A stretch of DNA of 64,000 bases from an uncultured virus (IMG/VR IMGVR_UViG_3300042894_007218) (lineage: Duplodnaviria; Heunggongvirae; Uroviricota; Caudoviricetes): the IMG/VR virus record IMGVR_UViG_3300042894_007218. One strand, given 5' to 3'. The notes beneath the pieces were generated by a model. That model did no database searches and was not told the DNA's origin. It saw only the letters and a list, made by a program, of their open reading frames with translations. A program made the translations under genes and the position numbers. Of this stretch, positions 17,883 through 28,178 are shown in pieces; position 1 is the first letter of the stretch, and the number at the start of each line of letters is the position of its first letter.

Positions 17883-19406
17883 ATGTATACTTATAGCTTA
17901 TATAATTCAACATCATATCAATCTACGAGTTTATCACTAAGTGGTACACCATCTTATTTTGAAACTGTATTAGATACGTTACCTGACAATTTACAAAAAT
18001 TGATTTCACCAAAAGATTTAAGGGATATGACACTCTCTTTATGGAGTGATGTTATATTCAAAGAAACATCTGCATCTGGTTCTACAATTGGATATATTGG
18101 AGTTGATACTGGAAATCCAACTGGTTCTGATATAAAAAGTAAAATGTATTTTGGTAAAAGATATTTTTCAGGTACTTATTCACCTGGAGATCAATATGCT
18201 ATAATTGCAACAGCATCTTTAAATAGTGATTTAGATTTGTTTTTTTATAACACAAAAAGTGACTTGATTGATAACGATATAACACGTATAAGTTTTTTAA
18301 CAGGCACTGCAATTTCTAACTTTGAAAATATGCCATATCTACAAAGTCAATTTGTTACAGGTGTTACTGATTCATTATCTTTAGATTTTGTAAATTTAAT
18401 CAGTGATGTAAATGTAACTAATACTTATGGTGATATTACTATAGGTGGATTTAGTGGTTCAGCAACTGTGAGCTTTGCTTTTCCAACGCCTTCTGAAAGC
18501 TTTGCATCTGCCTCGAATGATAGAGTGTTGAAGTATGATGAGACTATACAAAAATTATATTGGGATGATATTATTTTTCCTACTTTAAGTACAGTCGGAA
18601 CAACTGGTTCTATGTTACAGATGTATGGTAATCCGTTTTTAGTTAATGGATATTCAATAGAGTTATATGATACAAGACGTGTACCAATTGTGATTGGCGA
18701 TATTACATATGGTGCTACTTTTGGTAATATGGCGGCATCTGAAGTTTTAAGAAGAATAATTTATGATTATCTACCACCAACTTGCTCAGCTCAGTTACTT
18801 ACTCCTTATGTATCTGGTTATGTTGAAGTGGGAACTTATCCAACACCAACAGTTCAGTTTACAATTAATAAAAAAACTTTACCTACAATTGCTACAACTT
18901 TGACAAATATGATACCTGGAGTTTATGGTGCTATAAATGTTCCTCAATATACTTCAGTGACTTCAACATCAAATGGTATTGTAATTTCACCGATTACAGC
19001 ATCTACCACTACGTTTACTGTTCAGGTTGGAGATGGAATTGGAATAGGAACCGCTTCAACGACTATCACGGGAGTTTATCCTTATTTTTATGGTTTTAGC
19101 TCTTTATCTACAATGACTACTGTAGGATTAGGTTCACTAACAAAGAAAGTAGAATCTTATGGTGATAAGATTTATGATTACACTGGTAGTGGGAATATGT
19201 ATTTTATTTATCCTAAAGTCTATGGAACACTATCTAACATTTATGATAGCTTTGGAAATACTTGTTCTGCATCATTCTCTACACCATCTTCTCAAATATT
19301 TTCATCACCGACAGGTTTATGGGCATCTGAGGAGTTTTGGGTTTATCAATATAGTAGTGCTCCTACAATTGGTCTTCCATCAGAAAATTTTGAATTCAGA
19401 TATTAA
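17883..19406 (+). CDS. Virion structural protein; paralog of 16195
   Basis: Same motif series as 16195; beta-rich composition. Confidence 0.7.
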   Translation: MYTYSLYNSTSYQSTSLSLSGTPSYFETVLDTLPDNLQKLISPKDLRDMTLSLWSDVIFKETSASGSTIGYIGVDTGNPTGSDIKSKMYFGKRYFSGTYSPGDQYAIIATASLNSDLDLFFYNTKSDLIDNDITRISFLTGTAISNFENMPYLQSQFVTGVTDSLSLDFVNLISDVNVTNTYGDITIGGFSGSATVSFAFPTPSESFASASNDRVLKYDETIQKLYWDDIIFPTLSTVGTTGSMLQMYGNPFLVNGYSIELYDTRRVPIVIGDITYGATFGNMAASEVLRRIIYDYLPPTCSAQLLTPYVSGYVEVGTYPTPTVQFTINKKTLPTIATTLTNMIPGVYGAINVPQYTSVTSTSNGIVISPITASTTTFTVQVGDGIGIGTASTTITGVYPYFYGFSSLSTMTTVGLGSLTKKVESYGDKIYDYTGSGNMYFIYPKVYGTLSNIYDSFGNTCSASFSTPSSQIFSSPTGLWASEEFWVYQYSSAPTIGLPSENFEFRY

Positions 19407-19424
19407 AAATTTTATATATAGTTT

Positions 19425-21062
19425 ATGCCGATACAAATAATAGATAACTTCGAGTTGAATGTACAAAAGCCAATAGACAATAGATTTGTTGTTGGTGGTA
19501 CTTCATCTTTTTATAACACTAGATTTGCAATAGTTAATCCTTATAATGGATTGAGAATTTGGGATTTAAACGATAATCAGCCTTATGTTTATAATGGATC
19601 AACCTGGTCATCTGAAGCTTCTTTGACGACATTACAGGGTACAGGAACGGCTAATTACTTACCTAAATTCAACACCTCAAATTCTGTTGAAAATAGTGTC
19701 GTTTATCAAAACTCCGGAAACATCATAATTGGAACAACTTCTGGTTCTTCGAGTGATAGATTAGTGGTTGATGGAAATATTAGGGCAAATTCAGGTTATT
19801 ATTACTATGGTTCAGGTCTTTATTTAACTTCATTAAATGCTACAGAAATTACTACCGGAATTCTTAATTTAGCAAGACTTTCAATTAGTAGCTCGTCTTC
19901 TGGATGGATTATGTCAAGAAATGCTTCTACTGCAACTTGGACCAATCCAACCCAACTTACTGTTGGTACGGCTTCTGCTTTAGCAACAACAAGAACTCTA
20001 TGGGGTCAAAACTTCAATGGTACTGCTAACGTTACTGGAAATATTAATATTAATGGTAATGTGTTGAATGTCTATACTCTTCAATTTAGAAATAATGCAT
20101 TGCCTACTCCTGGTACTTTAAATGTCAATTGGTTAGGTGCTTCTAATGTGTCAAGTACACTTAATATACCAGGTTTCAGTGGGGGCTTAAGCCCTACAAG
20201 AACCATGGCGCTTTTAGAACAGCAACAAACTTTTACAAAAGTAAATACATTTACAGATCATACTAATTTAGATACTGTTCAGGTTGCGGGTACTTCTTCA
20301 TTTTTTGATAAGATGAGAGTTTTTGTGACTGAAACAATTAATTTTGCACCCCCAATCGGACCAGTTTCTATTACCGCAAATCCACTTAATGTTCTATGGG
20401 GTGGTATATCTATTGGTGCTACTACAAGTAACGGTTCTCCTTATATAACGGTAAATGGTGGCTATACTTGGTTTGGTGATAATGATAGTGGTATGTTTAG
20501 AGCTTCAACAAGTGGTTCTACTATGTCAAGCATTAGATTCTTGAATGATAACAGAATTCAAATGATATTAGGAAATAATATATCACCAACTTACAGCACA
20601 TCAGTTGAACAATATACAACACCTGGTGTAGCAATGATGAGTGTTTTAGATATTTGGAGTATTTCAGATTTTGATGCACTTCCGTTGTTGAGGTGGGTTT
20701 GGTTGGAAAATAATCCATTTGGTGTTAACACAACCGCTATCAGTCTTCCTTATACCAATGATGCTAATGGAACATCTGGACCTGGTGCTGGTTTTGCTCA
20801 AGCTGGTCTCAGTGCTTCTCAATATGATAGAATGCTTATGATATCTACAACTGGTAGAACAGTGGCTTATCCTTATTTAGAGACGGCTCCTGGTACTGGT
20901 GTTTATTGGTTACTTAATTATGTGTGGACAGACTCAACATATCCTTTGATAATACCTGCAGGTAGAAAATGGAAATTGTCAATGTTTAGTATTCCTGCTC
21001 CAAGTGGAAGTACGAATGATGATAAGGTTAGGCTTATTATGTATAAGTATGGAATGAGTTAA
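19425..21062 (+). CDS. Tail fibre-like protein
   Basis: PIDNRFV, GTANYLPKF, RTLWGQNFNGTANVTG fibre-like motifs. Confidence 0.7.
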   Translation: MPIQIIDNFELNVQKPIDNRFVVGGTSSFYNTRFAIVNPYNGLRIWDLNDNQPYVYNGSTWSSEASLTTLQGTGTANYLPKFNTSNSVENSVVYQNSGNIIIGTTSGSSSDRLVVDGNIRANSGYYYYGSGLYLTSLNATEITTGILNLARLSISSSSSGWIMSRNASTATWTNPTQLTVGTASALATTRTLWGQNFNGTANVTGNININGNVLNVYTLQFRNNALPTPGTLNVNWLGASNVSSTLNIPGFSGGLSPTRTMALLEQQQTFTKVNTFTDHTNLDTVQVAGTSSFFDKMRVFVTETINFAPPIGPVSITANPLNVLWGGISIGATTSNGSPYITVNGGYTWFGDNDSGMFRASTSGSTMSSIRFLNDNRIQMILGNNISPTYSTSVEQYTTPGVAMMSVLDIWSISDFDALPLLRWVWLENNPFGVNTTAISLPYTNDANGTSGPGAGFAQAGLSASQYDRMLMISTTGRTVAYPYLETAPGTGVYWLLNYVWTDSTYPLIIPAGRKWKLSMFSIPAPSGSTNDDKVRLIMYKYGMS

Positions 21063-21739
21063 TCAATTTTTTCAAACCACCAGTTAAAATAGATATAATT
21101 GTCTCCTGTGAGACTATAGTATTCATTTTCATGTGAAATTACCATTTTATCATCATGTGCTCTTACTAACTCTATTTGGATACCATTCGACATTTTAAGT
21201 TGTTTTCCTGTATCAACTGAATAACAAATAACCTCATCATTTAATAATCTGTATATTCCTGGTTCGGGTTTTAGCCAAAGTTTTACGGTTTTGATAATAA
21301 GACCTCTGATTTTAATAATCCATTCTTTAGGCTGGAGTAAGTCAAAATCTTTAAAAACCTCAGATGTAAATTTAGGACTCAAGCCTAGTATATTTTCAAT
21401 TCTACCCCAATATTCTTCTTCATCAATAACAAATGATAAATATACATCATAATTTATTGAATTTACTTTTACAATTCTTTGAATTTTAAGACTTTGTATA
21501 TCTTGTTGCTCAAGTGCTAATTTACTTCTTAAATTAGCGTATGCTGATGTACCTTTTAGATTATAAAGAATGCCGTTAATTCTTGACATTGCTTGTCTGA
21601 TTACATCTTGAAACTTATCAAATGCGTTAATAGATAGTTGTGGATCATCGACATGAGTTGATGCTCTTGCTGAATCCGGATTAAATCTCTGTAGGTTAAA
21701 CTCGGTGAATTCTAAAATTAATTTATTTCTGCGTTTCAT
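21059..21739 (-). CDS. Hypothetical protein
   Basis: 226 aa ORF, N-terminal ILEFTEF. Confidence 0.65.
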   Translation of the reverse strand: MKRRNKLILEFTEFNLQRFNPDSARASTHVDDPQLSINAFDKFQDVIRQAMSRINGILYNLKGTSAYANLRSKLALEQQDIQSLKIQRIVKVNSINYDVYLSFVIDEEEYWGRIENILGLSPKFTSEVFKDFDLLQPKEWIIKIRGLIIKTVKLWLKPEPGIYRLLNDEVICYSVDTGKQLKMSNGIQIELVRAHDDKMVISHENEYYSLTGDNYIYFNWWFEKID

Positions 21740-21776
21740 AAGTTAATATATATATTAAATATCAAAAATACTTTCT

Positions 21777-22088
21777 ATGAGGATTAAAAAATTTAATGAG
21801 GCTTTAGATATCAGTTCTGAAAGAATTGGTGAGATGATTGGAGAATTAAAAGAACTACTGACTTCATTAGAAGAGGATAATAAAGTTATAGAAAGATATT
21901 TGAATGAATTAGAAGACTATAAAAGTGAATCTTCAAAAGGAAATGACCAAATAGATGACTCATTGGCTGCTTTTCAAATAATCAAACAAAACATAGATGA
22001 GGCAATAGATAAGACTGATACGGTAATTACTAATCTAAATGATTATAAAGAAAACGATAGACAGTATCTTTATACTGAAAACAAGTAA
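21777..22088 (+). CDS. Coiled-coil putative head-internal protein
   Basis: MRIKKFNE N-terminus. Confidence 0.6.
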   Translation: MRIKKFNEALDISSERIGEMIGELKELLTSLEEDNKVIERYLNELEDYKSESSKGNDQIDDSLAAFQIIKQNIDEAIDKTDTVITNLNDYKENDRQYLYTENK

Positions 22089-22111
22089 TTAATTTTCTTA
22101 TATAATCTTCG

Positions 22112-22306
22112 ATGAAGACCAAATCAGGAGTTAAAATATATTCAAACTCAACAGCCGATAAACTTAGAGATATAGAAGAACAATTAACTAAAATGTTATC
22201 TGAACAATTGGCTAAAGAAATTGACAAAGAAATTTTAAGAAATTTGGGAATTGAGCCAGATAGAAATAAACGAAGAAAAAATTCTATAAATAAAATCTAT
22301 AGATGA
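22112..22306 (+). CDS. Mini-protein resembling a major capsid (gp23) segment
   Basis: IEEQLTKMLSEQLAKEIDKEILRNL; C-terminal RRKNSINKIY. Confidence 0.6.
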   Translation: MKTKSGVKIYSNSTADKLRDIEEQLTKMLSEQLAKEIDKEILRNLGIEPDRNKRRKNSINKIYR

Positions 22307-22443
22307 CGCCACATAAAGAATATACAAAAGAGGAAAGAAAAGATATGGATAATCATCTTAGATCAATCGGTATTCTATTTAGAGTAATTTTAAGAATTGA
22401 TAAAATTAAAAGATTATTTAATGTTAATAGGGAAGAAAAGTAG
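22303..22443 (+). CDS. 46 aa mini-protein (not in ORF track)
   Basis: MTPHKEYTKEERKDMDNHLRSIGILFRVILRIDKIKRLFNVNREEK; ATGA overlap with the previous gene. Confidence 0.6.
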   Translation: MTPHKEYTKEERKDMDNHLRSIGILFRVILRIDKIKRLFNVNREEK

Positions 22444-22678
22444 TTTAGAACCTGGTTACGTTTTTGCTCCTTATATACCAATGACAACATCACAAGTTAT
22501 AGTTGGATACGGTTCTAAAAATGCAATCAGAAAGAAAAAGATTAATAAGATATTTGATTTAGGGTTAGATATTAAAGAAGAGTTCTCACCAAGTAAATCA
22601 ATTATGAGTAGGTACTCTAAAAAAATTGTAAAATCTAAATATTACCAAAATATAGAAATAAAAAAACCCACTTTATAA
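22421..22678 (+). CDS. Mini-protein resembling the major capsid C-terminus
   Basis: MLIGKKSSLEPGYVFAPYIP...FSPSKSIMSRYSKKIV; ATG at 22421 preferred over TTG at 22397. Confidence 0.65.
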   Translation: MLIGKKSSLEPGYVFAPYIPMTTSQVIVGYGSKNAIRKKKINKIFDLGLDIKEEFSPSKSIMSRYSKKIVKSKYYQNIEIKKPTL

Positions 22679-22690
22679 AGTGGGTTTTTT
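22660..22690. terminator. Bidirectional terminator
   Basis: AAAAAAACCCACTTTATAAAGTGGGTTTTTT. Confidence 0.75.
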
Positions 22691-22693
22691 AGT

Positions 22694-23263
22694 TTATTTG
22701 TTATAAGTTAATTTGTAGATTGTTTTATATTGTAAAGCTATTAACTCGTCTACTATGTTATGTATGTGAGTGTCTTCAGCTTTAATACACTTTCTTGAAG
22801 ATTTTACAAATTCAACTGTTTCTTTAAAATAATCTAATCTGTCTTTTGATTTAGCGTCTGTTGTATCAATTACATCATAACCTTCAATCAATCCATATTG
22901 ACCTTGATATATTTCAACTATATCATCTATGAATCCAATCACACCATCATAATAAGCTTCTAATGCTAAGTGAGCTGCATGTGAACCCATATCTCCTTTT
23001 ACTGTCCAGTGATATACTTGTGCCATTTCTCTGCTTTCTAATAATTTAGAAATAAATTTAGAAACATCGCCTCCTTCAGAAATTTCAACTTCTTTATCTT
23101 CCTCTTCTTTATCTTCTGTCTCTTCCTTTTTCCCACTCATTAATTTAATAAGTTCTTCTTTAGACATATCTTCATAGTTAGAAGGTAGATTAGATTGAAA
23201 ATCATCAGCTTCGTTAATTCTTCTTATTTTTGATTTCTTTTGTATTTCTGAAAATCTTTTCAT
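22694..23263 (-). CDS. Ferritin/Dps-like helical-bundle protein
   Basis: YHW...SHAAHLAL..YY....D..VE.YQG pattern. Confidence 0.55.
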   Translation of the reverse strand: MKRFSEIQKKSKIRRINEADDFQSNLPSNYEDMSKEELIKLMSGKKEETEDKEEEDKEVEISEGGDVSKFISKLLESREMAQVYHWTVKGDMGSHAAHLALEAYYDGVIGFIDDIVEIYQGQYGLIEGYDVIDTTDAKSKDRLDYFKETVEFVKSSRKCIKAEDTHIHNIVDELIALQYKTIYKLTYNK

Positions 23264-23367
23264 AGATGTTTAATTATTTTGTAGATTATATATTAAATCT
23301 AAAACTCTTTTTTCCTTCAAAAAGTAAATATTCTTTTTTAATATATACTGAAAAATAAACCATAATT

Positions 23368-23604
23368 ATGAGTTTTATCAAAAAATACCAAAGGTTTGTA
23401 GAGGAGTTCACAACAACTGCGCCCGCAAGACCTGATGTAAAGCCTGGTACAACAGAAAGACCAGCACCATCAAAACCTAGTCCTTTTAGAAGAGATAAAC
23501 CATCTACTGAACCCGGAACAAAAGCTTCCGCTGAAGATGTTGCGGAAAGATTTATTCAAATGATGGTTGACAATGGTGAATCAGTAGAAAAATATATCAA
23601 ATAA
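23368..23604 (+). CDS. Small Pro-rich putative head-internal protein
   Basis: MSFIKKYQRFVEE N-terminus. Confidence 0.6.
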   Translation: MSFIKKYQRFVEEFTTTAPARPDVKPGTTERPAPSKPSPFRRDKPSTEPGTKASAEDVAERFIQMMVDNGESVEKYIK

Positions 23605-23605
23605 T

Positions 23606-25165
23606 ATGAAGAGTTTTCAAGATTTTATAAACGAAGCAACGATTAAAGGAAACTTAGGTGTTCCCGGTGAAGGACCTGAAGGAAGAGACGAAGAGTCTTT
23701 TTTAAGAGGTGTTGAAGAAGAAGGTAGAAGAAAAGCTGCTGGTGATCCAAGACAGATTGGTGGTAGAATGTGGCAGATTTCACAAAGTACTAAATCTCTA
23801 ATCAGAGGTAAAGAAAAAGAAATTGAAAAATTTGCTGAAGAGATAATCAAAGATGTTTATTCTGGCTTTATGGATTCTGTTGAACTAGATCTTCAAATTG
23901 TAAGAGATGGAATGGCCGTGAAGGAATTCATGGATGAAGAGGACGAAAAGAAAAAAGAAAGAAACGAGAAAGAAAAGGAAAAAGCAAAAAAGAAAAAAGA
24001 AGAGCAAAAAGAAGAAAAGGAAAAAGAACCATCTGTAAGAAAATCTACTGATGCTCAACTTAAATTAGAAATAGACAAAAGAAAATTAGCTAATGCAATA
24101 ACTCAAGGTGAGGCAAAAAATACAAAAGAAATAATCCGAATGCCTGAGTGTTTAGATGGACTTAAAAAAGTTTTAGGTGACCGTAATGGTGAAGAACTTC
24201 ATAGACAATTATTAGAATTAACAGAACTAGCTGATAAAATGGATTGGATTATTCCTGTTCAAGCTAAAGCTGATATGATGGAAAGAATGCCTGAAGGTAT
24301 GGCTGGTGCTTGTTCAGTTGATTGGCAGGAAGAAGAAAAAGAAGAAGAAAGTCAAGACTTGGCTCAGAATGTTTTAGACGAGTTGCAAAATTCAGAAGAA
24401 GGTTCAGACTTAAATGATATGAGTGATGAATTGAAAGAGTTGATGTCTTCTGGTAAACCAATTATCAGAGCAAGAGGAGTTGATTTTGTAATGTTAATTC
24501 ACGAAGCTGTGAAGGGAATTTATGAATTGATAGCATCCAGAGGTATTCCTGAAGATACTACACTGGCTTCTAATGTATTTTTAAATACTGAAACGTTCGA
24601 AGATGAGGCTGAAGATTTCAGATATGGTCCGCCAATTGCTGCGGCTCTAAGAGATTTTATCAATGCTAATAGAAAGACTAATCAATATCCAAACGTAAGA
24701 GAATTTGTATTTGGAAAAATGATAGAAATGCCAGCTGAAAGATTCTTAGCACTTATGAAAGAAATTTTAATGAAGACACCAGAGGCTAGAAATCAAGTAG
24801 ATAGATTGATAGATGAGGTTGTATCTGAACTAGAAGGATATGAGAGTGAACTTTCAGACTATGAAATTTCTAAAAGATTTGAACAAGAACCAGAAGGTGA
24901 GTTCACTTCAGATGAAGAAGAATCTGATATTGATAAACTGGTTAGACAAAGTTTAGCGGGTGAAAAAGAAGAAGAAGGTCCTAAAAAATCATATGATGAT
25001 ATGACAATTGCTGAAATTCAAAGAGAAATTGAAAAAGCAGTTGAAGAAGAAAATTATGAATTAGCAGGTGAGTTGACTAAAAAATACCTTAAAGGAGAAT
25101 CTAAGAAAGTTTGGGAAACTGAACTTAAAAGAATAAATGAATTTCATCAAAATAGAAGAAGATAA
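23606..25165 (+). CDS. Acidic putative head-internal protein with a UVR-like C-terminal helix
   Basis: MKSFQDFINE; IQREIEKAVEEENYELA. Confidence 0.65.
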   Translation: MKSFQDFINEATIKGNLGVPGEGPEGRDEESFLRGVEEEGRRKAAGDPRQIGGRMWQISQSTKSLIRGKEKEIEKFAEEIIKDVYSGFMDSVELDLQIVRDGMAVKEFMDEEDEKKKERNEKEKEKAKKKKEEQKEEKEKEPSVRKSTDAQLKLEIDKRKLANAITQGEAKNTKEIIRMPECLDGLKKVLGDRNGEELHRQLLELTELADKMDWIIPVQAKADMMERMPEGMAGACSVDWQEEEKEEESQDLAQNVLDELQNSEEGSDLNDMSDELKELMSSGKPIIRARGVDFVMLIHEAVKGIYELIASRGIPEDTTLASNVFLNTETFEDEAEDFRYGPPIAAALRDFINANRKTNQYPNVREFVFGKMIEMPAERFLALMKEILMKTPEARNQVDRLIDEVVSELEGYESELSDYEISKRFEQEPEGEFTSDEEESDIDKLVRQSLAGEKEEEGPKKSYDDMTIAEIQREIEKAVEEENYELAGELTKKYLKGESKKVWETELKRINEFHQNRRR

Positions 25166-25179
25166 AAAAAAGCCTCAAA

Positions 25180-25896
25180 TTAAATTTGAGGCTTTTTTAA
25201 TATTTGATAAATCAGATAAGCATCATTTACATCTTCATATGGTTTAGGAATTGTTGCAACTGAAAGAATATCTGATTTTGATAATTTACAGTGTTTTGAC
25301 CAAAAGTCATCTATTTCATTATTATCAACTATTGATAAAAACATATCAGTTTTAGTAAATTTACCACCTGATATTCCGATAGTATTTCTCCATATAAACT
25401 CCTGTCTAGGTTTTTTACCACCAATCTCTTTAATAATAGGTGGGTAAGTTAATTTACAAGATTCTAATTTAAGTGTTGATGGTGAAAGAACCGTGATATC
25501 TTCTGACACTTTATCAAATAGTTTCTTTCTCAAAAGTGTTGAAAATGTAACTAAGTCAATGATATCACCAGCTGTTGATGAAAATGAATATCCTTCAATT
25601 CCAATCTTAGTTGGTTTTTCTAAATCGATATTATCTAAAATACCATCTATGATACTGTCTGTTATTTTATCATAATCTTTAAGTTTAGTGATTTCGCCTT
25701 CTGAGTAATCTTCAAATTCTCTATACTCAACAAATTTGTAAGTTACATATTGTTCAGCCATTTTAAACCATTTTTTGATTCCGGTTTTACCAAATGCTGA
25801 TGATTCTCTACAATAGTTAAACATCTTGAAAGTATCACCAGAACTGACTACAAGAGCTGTTGAGATAAGTGATGGATCAATTGCTACTATATTCAT
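25180..25896 (-). CDS. RuvC-like Holliday junction resolvase
   Basis: AIDPSLISTA, IGIEGYSF, DVNDAY acidic motifs. Confidence 0.7.
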   Translation of the reverse strand: MNIVAIDPSLISTALVVSSGDTFKMFNYCRESSAFGKTGIKKWFKMAEQYVTYKFVEYREFEDYSEGEITKLKDYDKITDSIIDGILDNIDLEKPTKIGIEGYSFSSTAGDIIDLVTFSTLLRKKLFDKVSEDITVLSPSTLKLESCKLTYPPIIKEIGGKKPRQEFIWRNTIGISGGKFTKTDMFLSIVDNNEIDDFWSKHCKLSKSDILSVATIPKPYEDVNDAYLIYQILKKPQI

Positions 25897-25925
25897 ACAT
25901 TATATATGAAATAGAATAAAGTCTC

Positions 25926-26186
25926 TTATTCTCCTTCTGGAAATTCTTCCTCAACTACTTTAGCGATAGGTCTTCTGTTAATCATAGTTACTTCTTTACC
26001 ATCTTTGGAAAGTTCGTATTGAGTTATTGGTTGTCCAAGTCTCTTTTCAAATTCATCTAAATTCATATCAGTTCCAGGGACCATAATTTTTCTAAAATCT
26101 GGTTCATTTTCTTCTTCTGGATATTCCTCCTCACTTTGTGGTTCGTCATAGTTTTCTAAAAAAGACTTATATTTTAATATTTTCAC
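25926..26186 (-). CDS. Small acidic putative head-internal protein
   Basis: MKILKYKSFLE. Confidence 0.55.
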   Translation of the reverse strand: MKILKYKSFLENYDEPQSEEEYPEEENEPDFRKIMVPGTDMNLDEFEKRLGQPITQYELSKDGKEVTMINRRPIAKVVEEEFPEGE

Positions 26187-26297
26187 GATTAAAATTATTT
26201 TTATAATTTATATATTAAACTTTTTTTTTGAAAATTATATGATATTTATATTCTATATATGAATAGTAAGTGGTTTCCTCAATAGTTTGATTATTCT

Positions 26298-26561
26298 TCA
26301 GGTTCCTCTTCCTGTTTCCATTTGAGGTACCTCTTCTTCACCTTCCATTTCAGGTTCCTCTTCTTCTGTTTCCATATCTACATCACTATGAAACTGAGGG
26401 TTGTCTCTATTTTCAGCTGGAATATTCTTTTTAGAATCTTCTTCTTCTCTTTTAGATTTTCTTCTTTCCTCTTCTTGTTTGGCTAATCTTTGAGCATTTG
26501 TTAGTGCTGCAAATTGCATAGTTTCTAAGAAAGATTCATAATTTAATATTTTCACAATCAA
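26298..26561 (-). CDS. Small acidic putative head-internal protein
   Basis: VKILNYESFLE; 5' region similar to that of the 26186 gene. Confidence 0.55.
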   Translation of the reverse strand: MIVKILNYESFLETMQFAALTNAQRLAKQEEERRKSKREEEDSKKNIPAENRDNPQFHSDVDMETEEEEPEMEGEEEVPQMETGRGT

Positions 26562-26629
26562 ATTTATTTTATTGTATATATTAAACTTTTATTTTGATTA
26601 TAATATTATAATTATAAATATAAAATACT

Positions 26630-27190
26630 ATGGCAAACGACTGTGACTACAAATTGAGAATTTCTGGTGAGCCAGAAAATGTTAAAAAACTAAACGATGT
26701 TTTACAATGTGAGGAAATCCAAACAAAAGGTTCTCTTTACACTGATAACTACAAAATTCTTTTTGGATCTTGTGAAGATGTTGAAGACTGGGGTTCAAAA
26801 TGGACTGTTTTTTCTGACATTGAATATTTCGATGGTGATACTATGATGTTTATCGAAGGATACTCTGCTTGGGCACCAACCGAGGGGCTTTGGAAAAAAA
26901 TATCAAAAGATTTTAATGTTTCTTTAACTTGCGAATACTCAGAAAGAGGAATGGACTTTGCGGGTTTTACTACTTGGTGTGATGGTGAAGAAACCGAAAG
27001 AGAGGAAATGACTTATTGGGAGTATCTAATTGAAAACGATGAAGATTTTTTTTGGGAAGAAATCGGCTATCAATGTGAGTGGGACACTTTAGAAGGAGTT
27101 AAAGAATCTTTAGGTTCTATCTGGGATAAACTAACCTCAGAAGAAATTGAAAAAGTTGAAGAACTCCATAAAGAAAGATTTGTAGAATAA
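26630..27190 (+). CDS. DUF1281/YubB-like ferredoxin-fold protein
   Basis: WGSKW, SAWAP, EYSE.G.DFAG. Confidence 0.6.
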   Translation: MANDCDYKLRISGEPENVKKLNDVLQCEEIQTKGSLYTDNYKILFGSCEDVEDWGSKWTVFSDIEYFDGDTMMFIEGYSAWAPTEGLWKKISKDFNVSLTCEYSERGMDFAGFTTWCDGEETEREEMTYWEYLIENDEDFFWEEIGYQCEWDTLEGVKESLGSIWDKLTSEEIEKVEELHKERFVE

Positions 27191-27219
27191 TAAAAAAACC
27201 GAGATAATCTCGGTTTTTT

Positions 27220-27609
27220 TTATTCATTTGATGAGTTATCTAAAAAATCTTTTTCTTCTTTTAAAAGAGATTCAATTCCAAATTTAGATATTTTATCTAA
27301 TATTGAATCTATATCTAATTCAGCTTTTGGATATTCTATTTTTGGCTCCGGTAAACCAATTGGTTTTGGTTCATATCTATTCATATTTACAAACAACTCG
27401 TCATAGCCATTAGTGTAGATAATTTTTTTTGTTGATTTTGTAGTAGTGTAAGCAATCATAGTTTTACTATCAATATCAATCCATATACGATACATTTTAA
27501 ATTCTTTACGCTCTTTTGCTAAAAGTTCATAATTGAGGCATAACTCTTCACTAATTCTTTTGAGTTTTTCATCGGATGTGAAAGCGTAGTCTATAACAAT
27601 AATATTCAT
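27220..27609 (-). CDS. Hypothetical protein with LDIDSILDKIS..G..SL..EEK.FL C-terminal module
   Basis: C-terminal motif; TATATTTG promoter upstream on the minus strand. Confidence 0.6.
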   Translation of the reverse strand: MNIIVIDYAFTSDEKLKRISEELCLNYELLAKERKEFKMYRIWIDIDSKTMIAYTTTKSTKKIIYTNGYDELFVNMNRYEPKPIGLPEPKIEYPKAELDIDSILDKISKFGIESLLKEEKDFLDNSSNE

Positions 27610-27671
27610 AGTGACTAATTATTTTTACAAATATACTAATTATATATTAGATATAAAAATATCTCAATCTT

Positions 27672-27702
27672 TTTGATTTGTGTAATATTTATACTATATT
27701 TG
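27672..27702 (+). promoter_or_regulatory. Bacteroidota-type sigma-A promoter
   Basis: TTTG upstream and TATATTTG (-7 box) at 27695-27702. Confidence 0.65.
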
Positions 27703-27722
27703 TATAAATAATCTTAATCACT

Positions 27723-28178
27723 ATGACAGGACATAAAATTACAGACACGAAACAAGCACTTAAGTTCATCTTTGCTGGTAAATCAGTAGTTACTTTTGTT
27801 AATACACAAACTGGTAACCGTTTTACTTTTAAAATTAAACAAGCAAAAGATTCCAATTTGTTTTTTATTAGTGTTCTTACTGGTCCAGATCAATATACAT
27901 ATATTGGTACTTGTATTGAAGGAAATTACAAACACGGAAAAAAATCACAAATTGGTGAGGTTTCACAATCTGTAAAAGTTTTTGTTTATATGTTAAAAAA
28001 ACTTATTAGTGACAATCTACCAGATTTTCTTGAAGTTTGGCACGAAGGATTTTGTGGTAAATGTGGAAAAAGATTAACAGTTCCTCAATCTATATTGACT
28101 GGTATTGGACCAGACTGTATCAAAAAACTTTCTAAATCTGAAAAAAGAGATAAATTTTTAGAATTAATTTTAGCTTAA
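27723..28178 (+). CDS. DUF6011-like zinc-finger protein
   Basis: CGKCGKRLTVPQSILTGIGPDC. Confidence 0.75.
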   Translation: MTGHKITDTKQALKFIFAGKSVVTFVNTQTGNRFTFKIKQAKDSNLFFISVLTGPDQYTYIGTCIEGNYKHGKKSQIGEVSQSVKVFVYMLKKLISDNLPDFLEVWHEGFCGKCGKRLTVPQSILTGIGPDCIKKLSKSEKRDKFLELILA

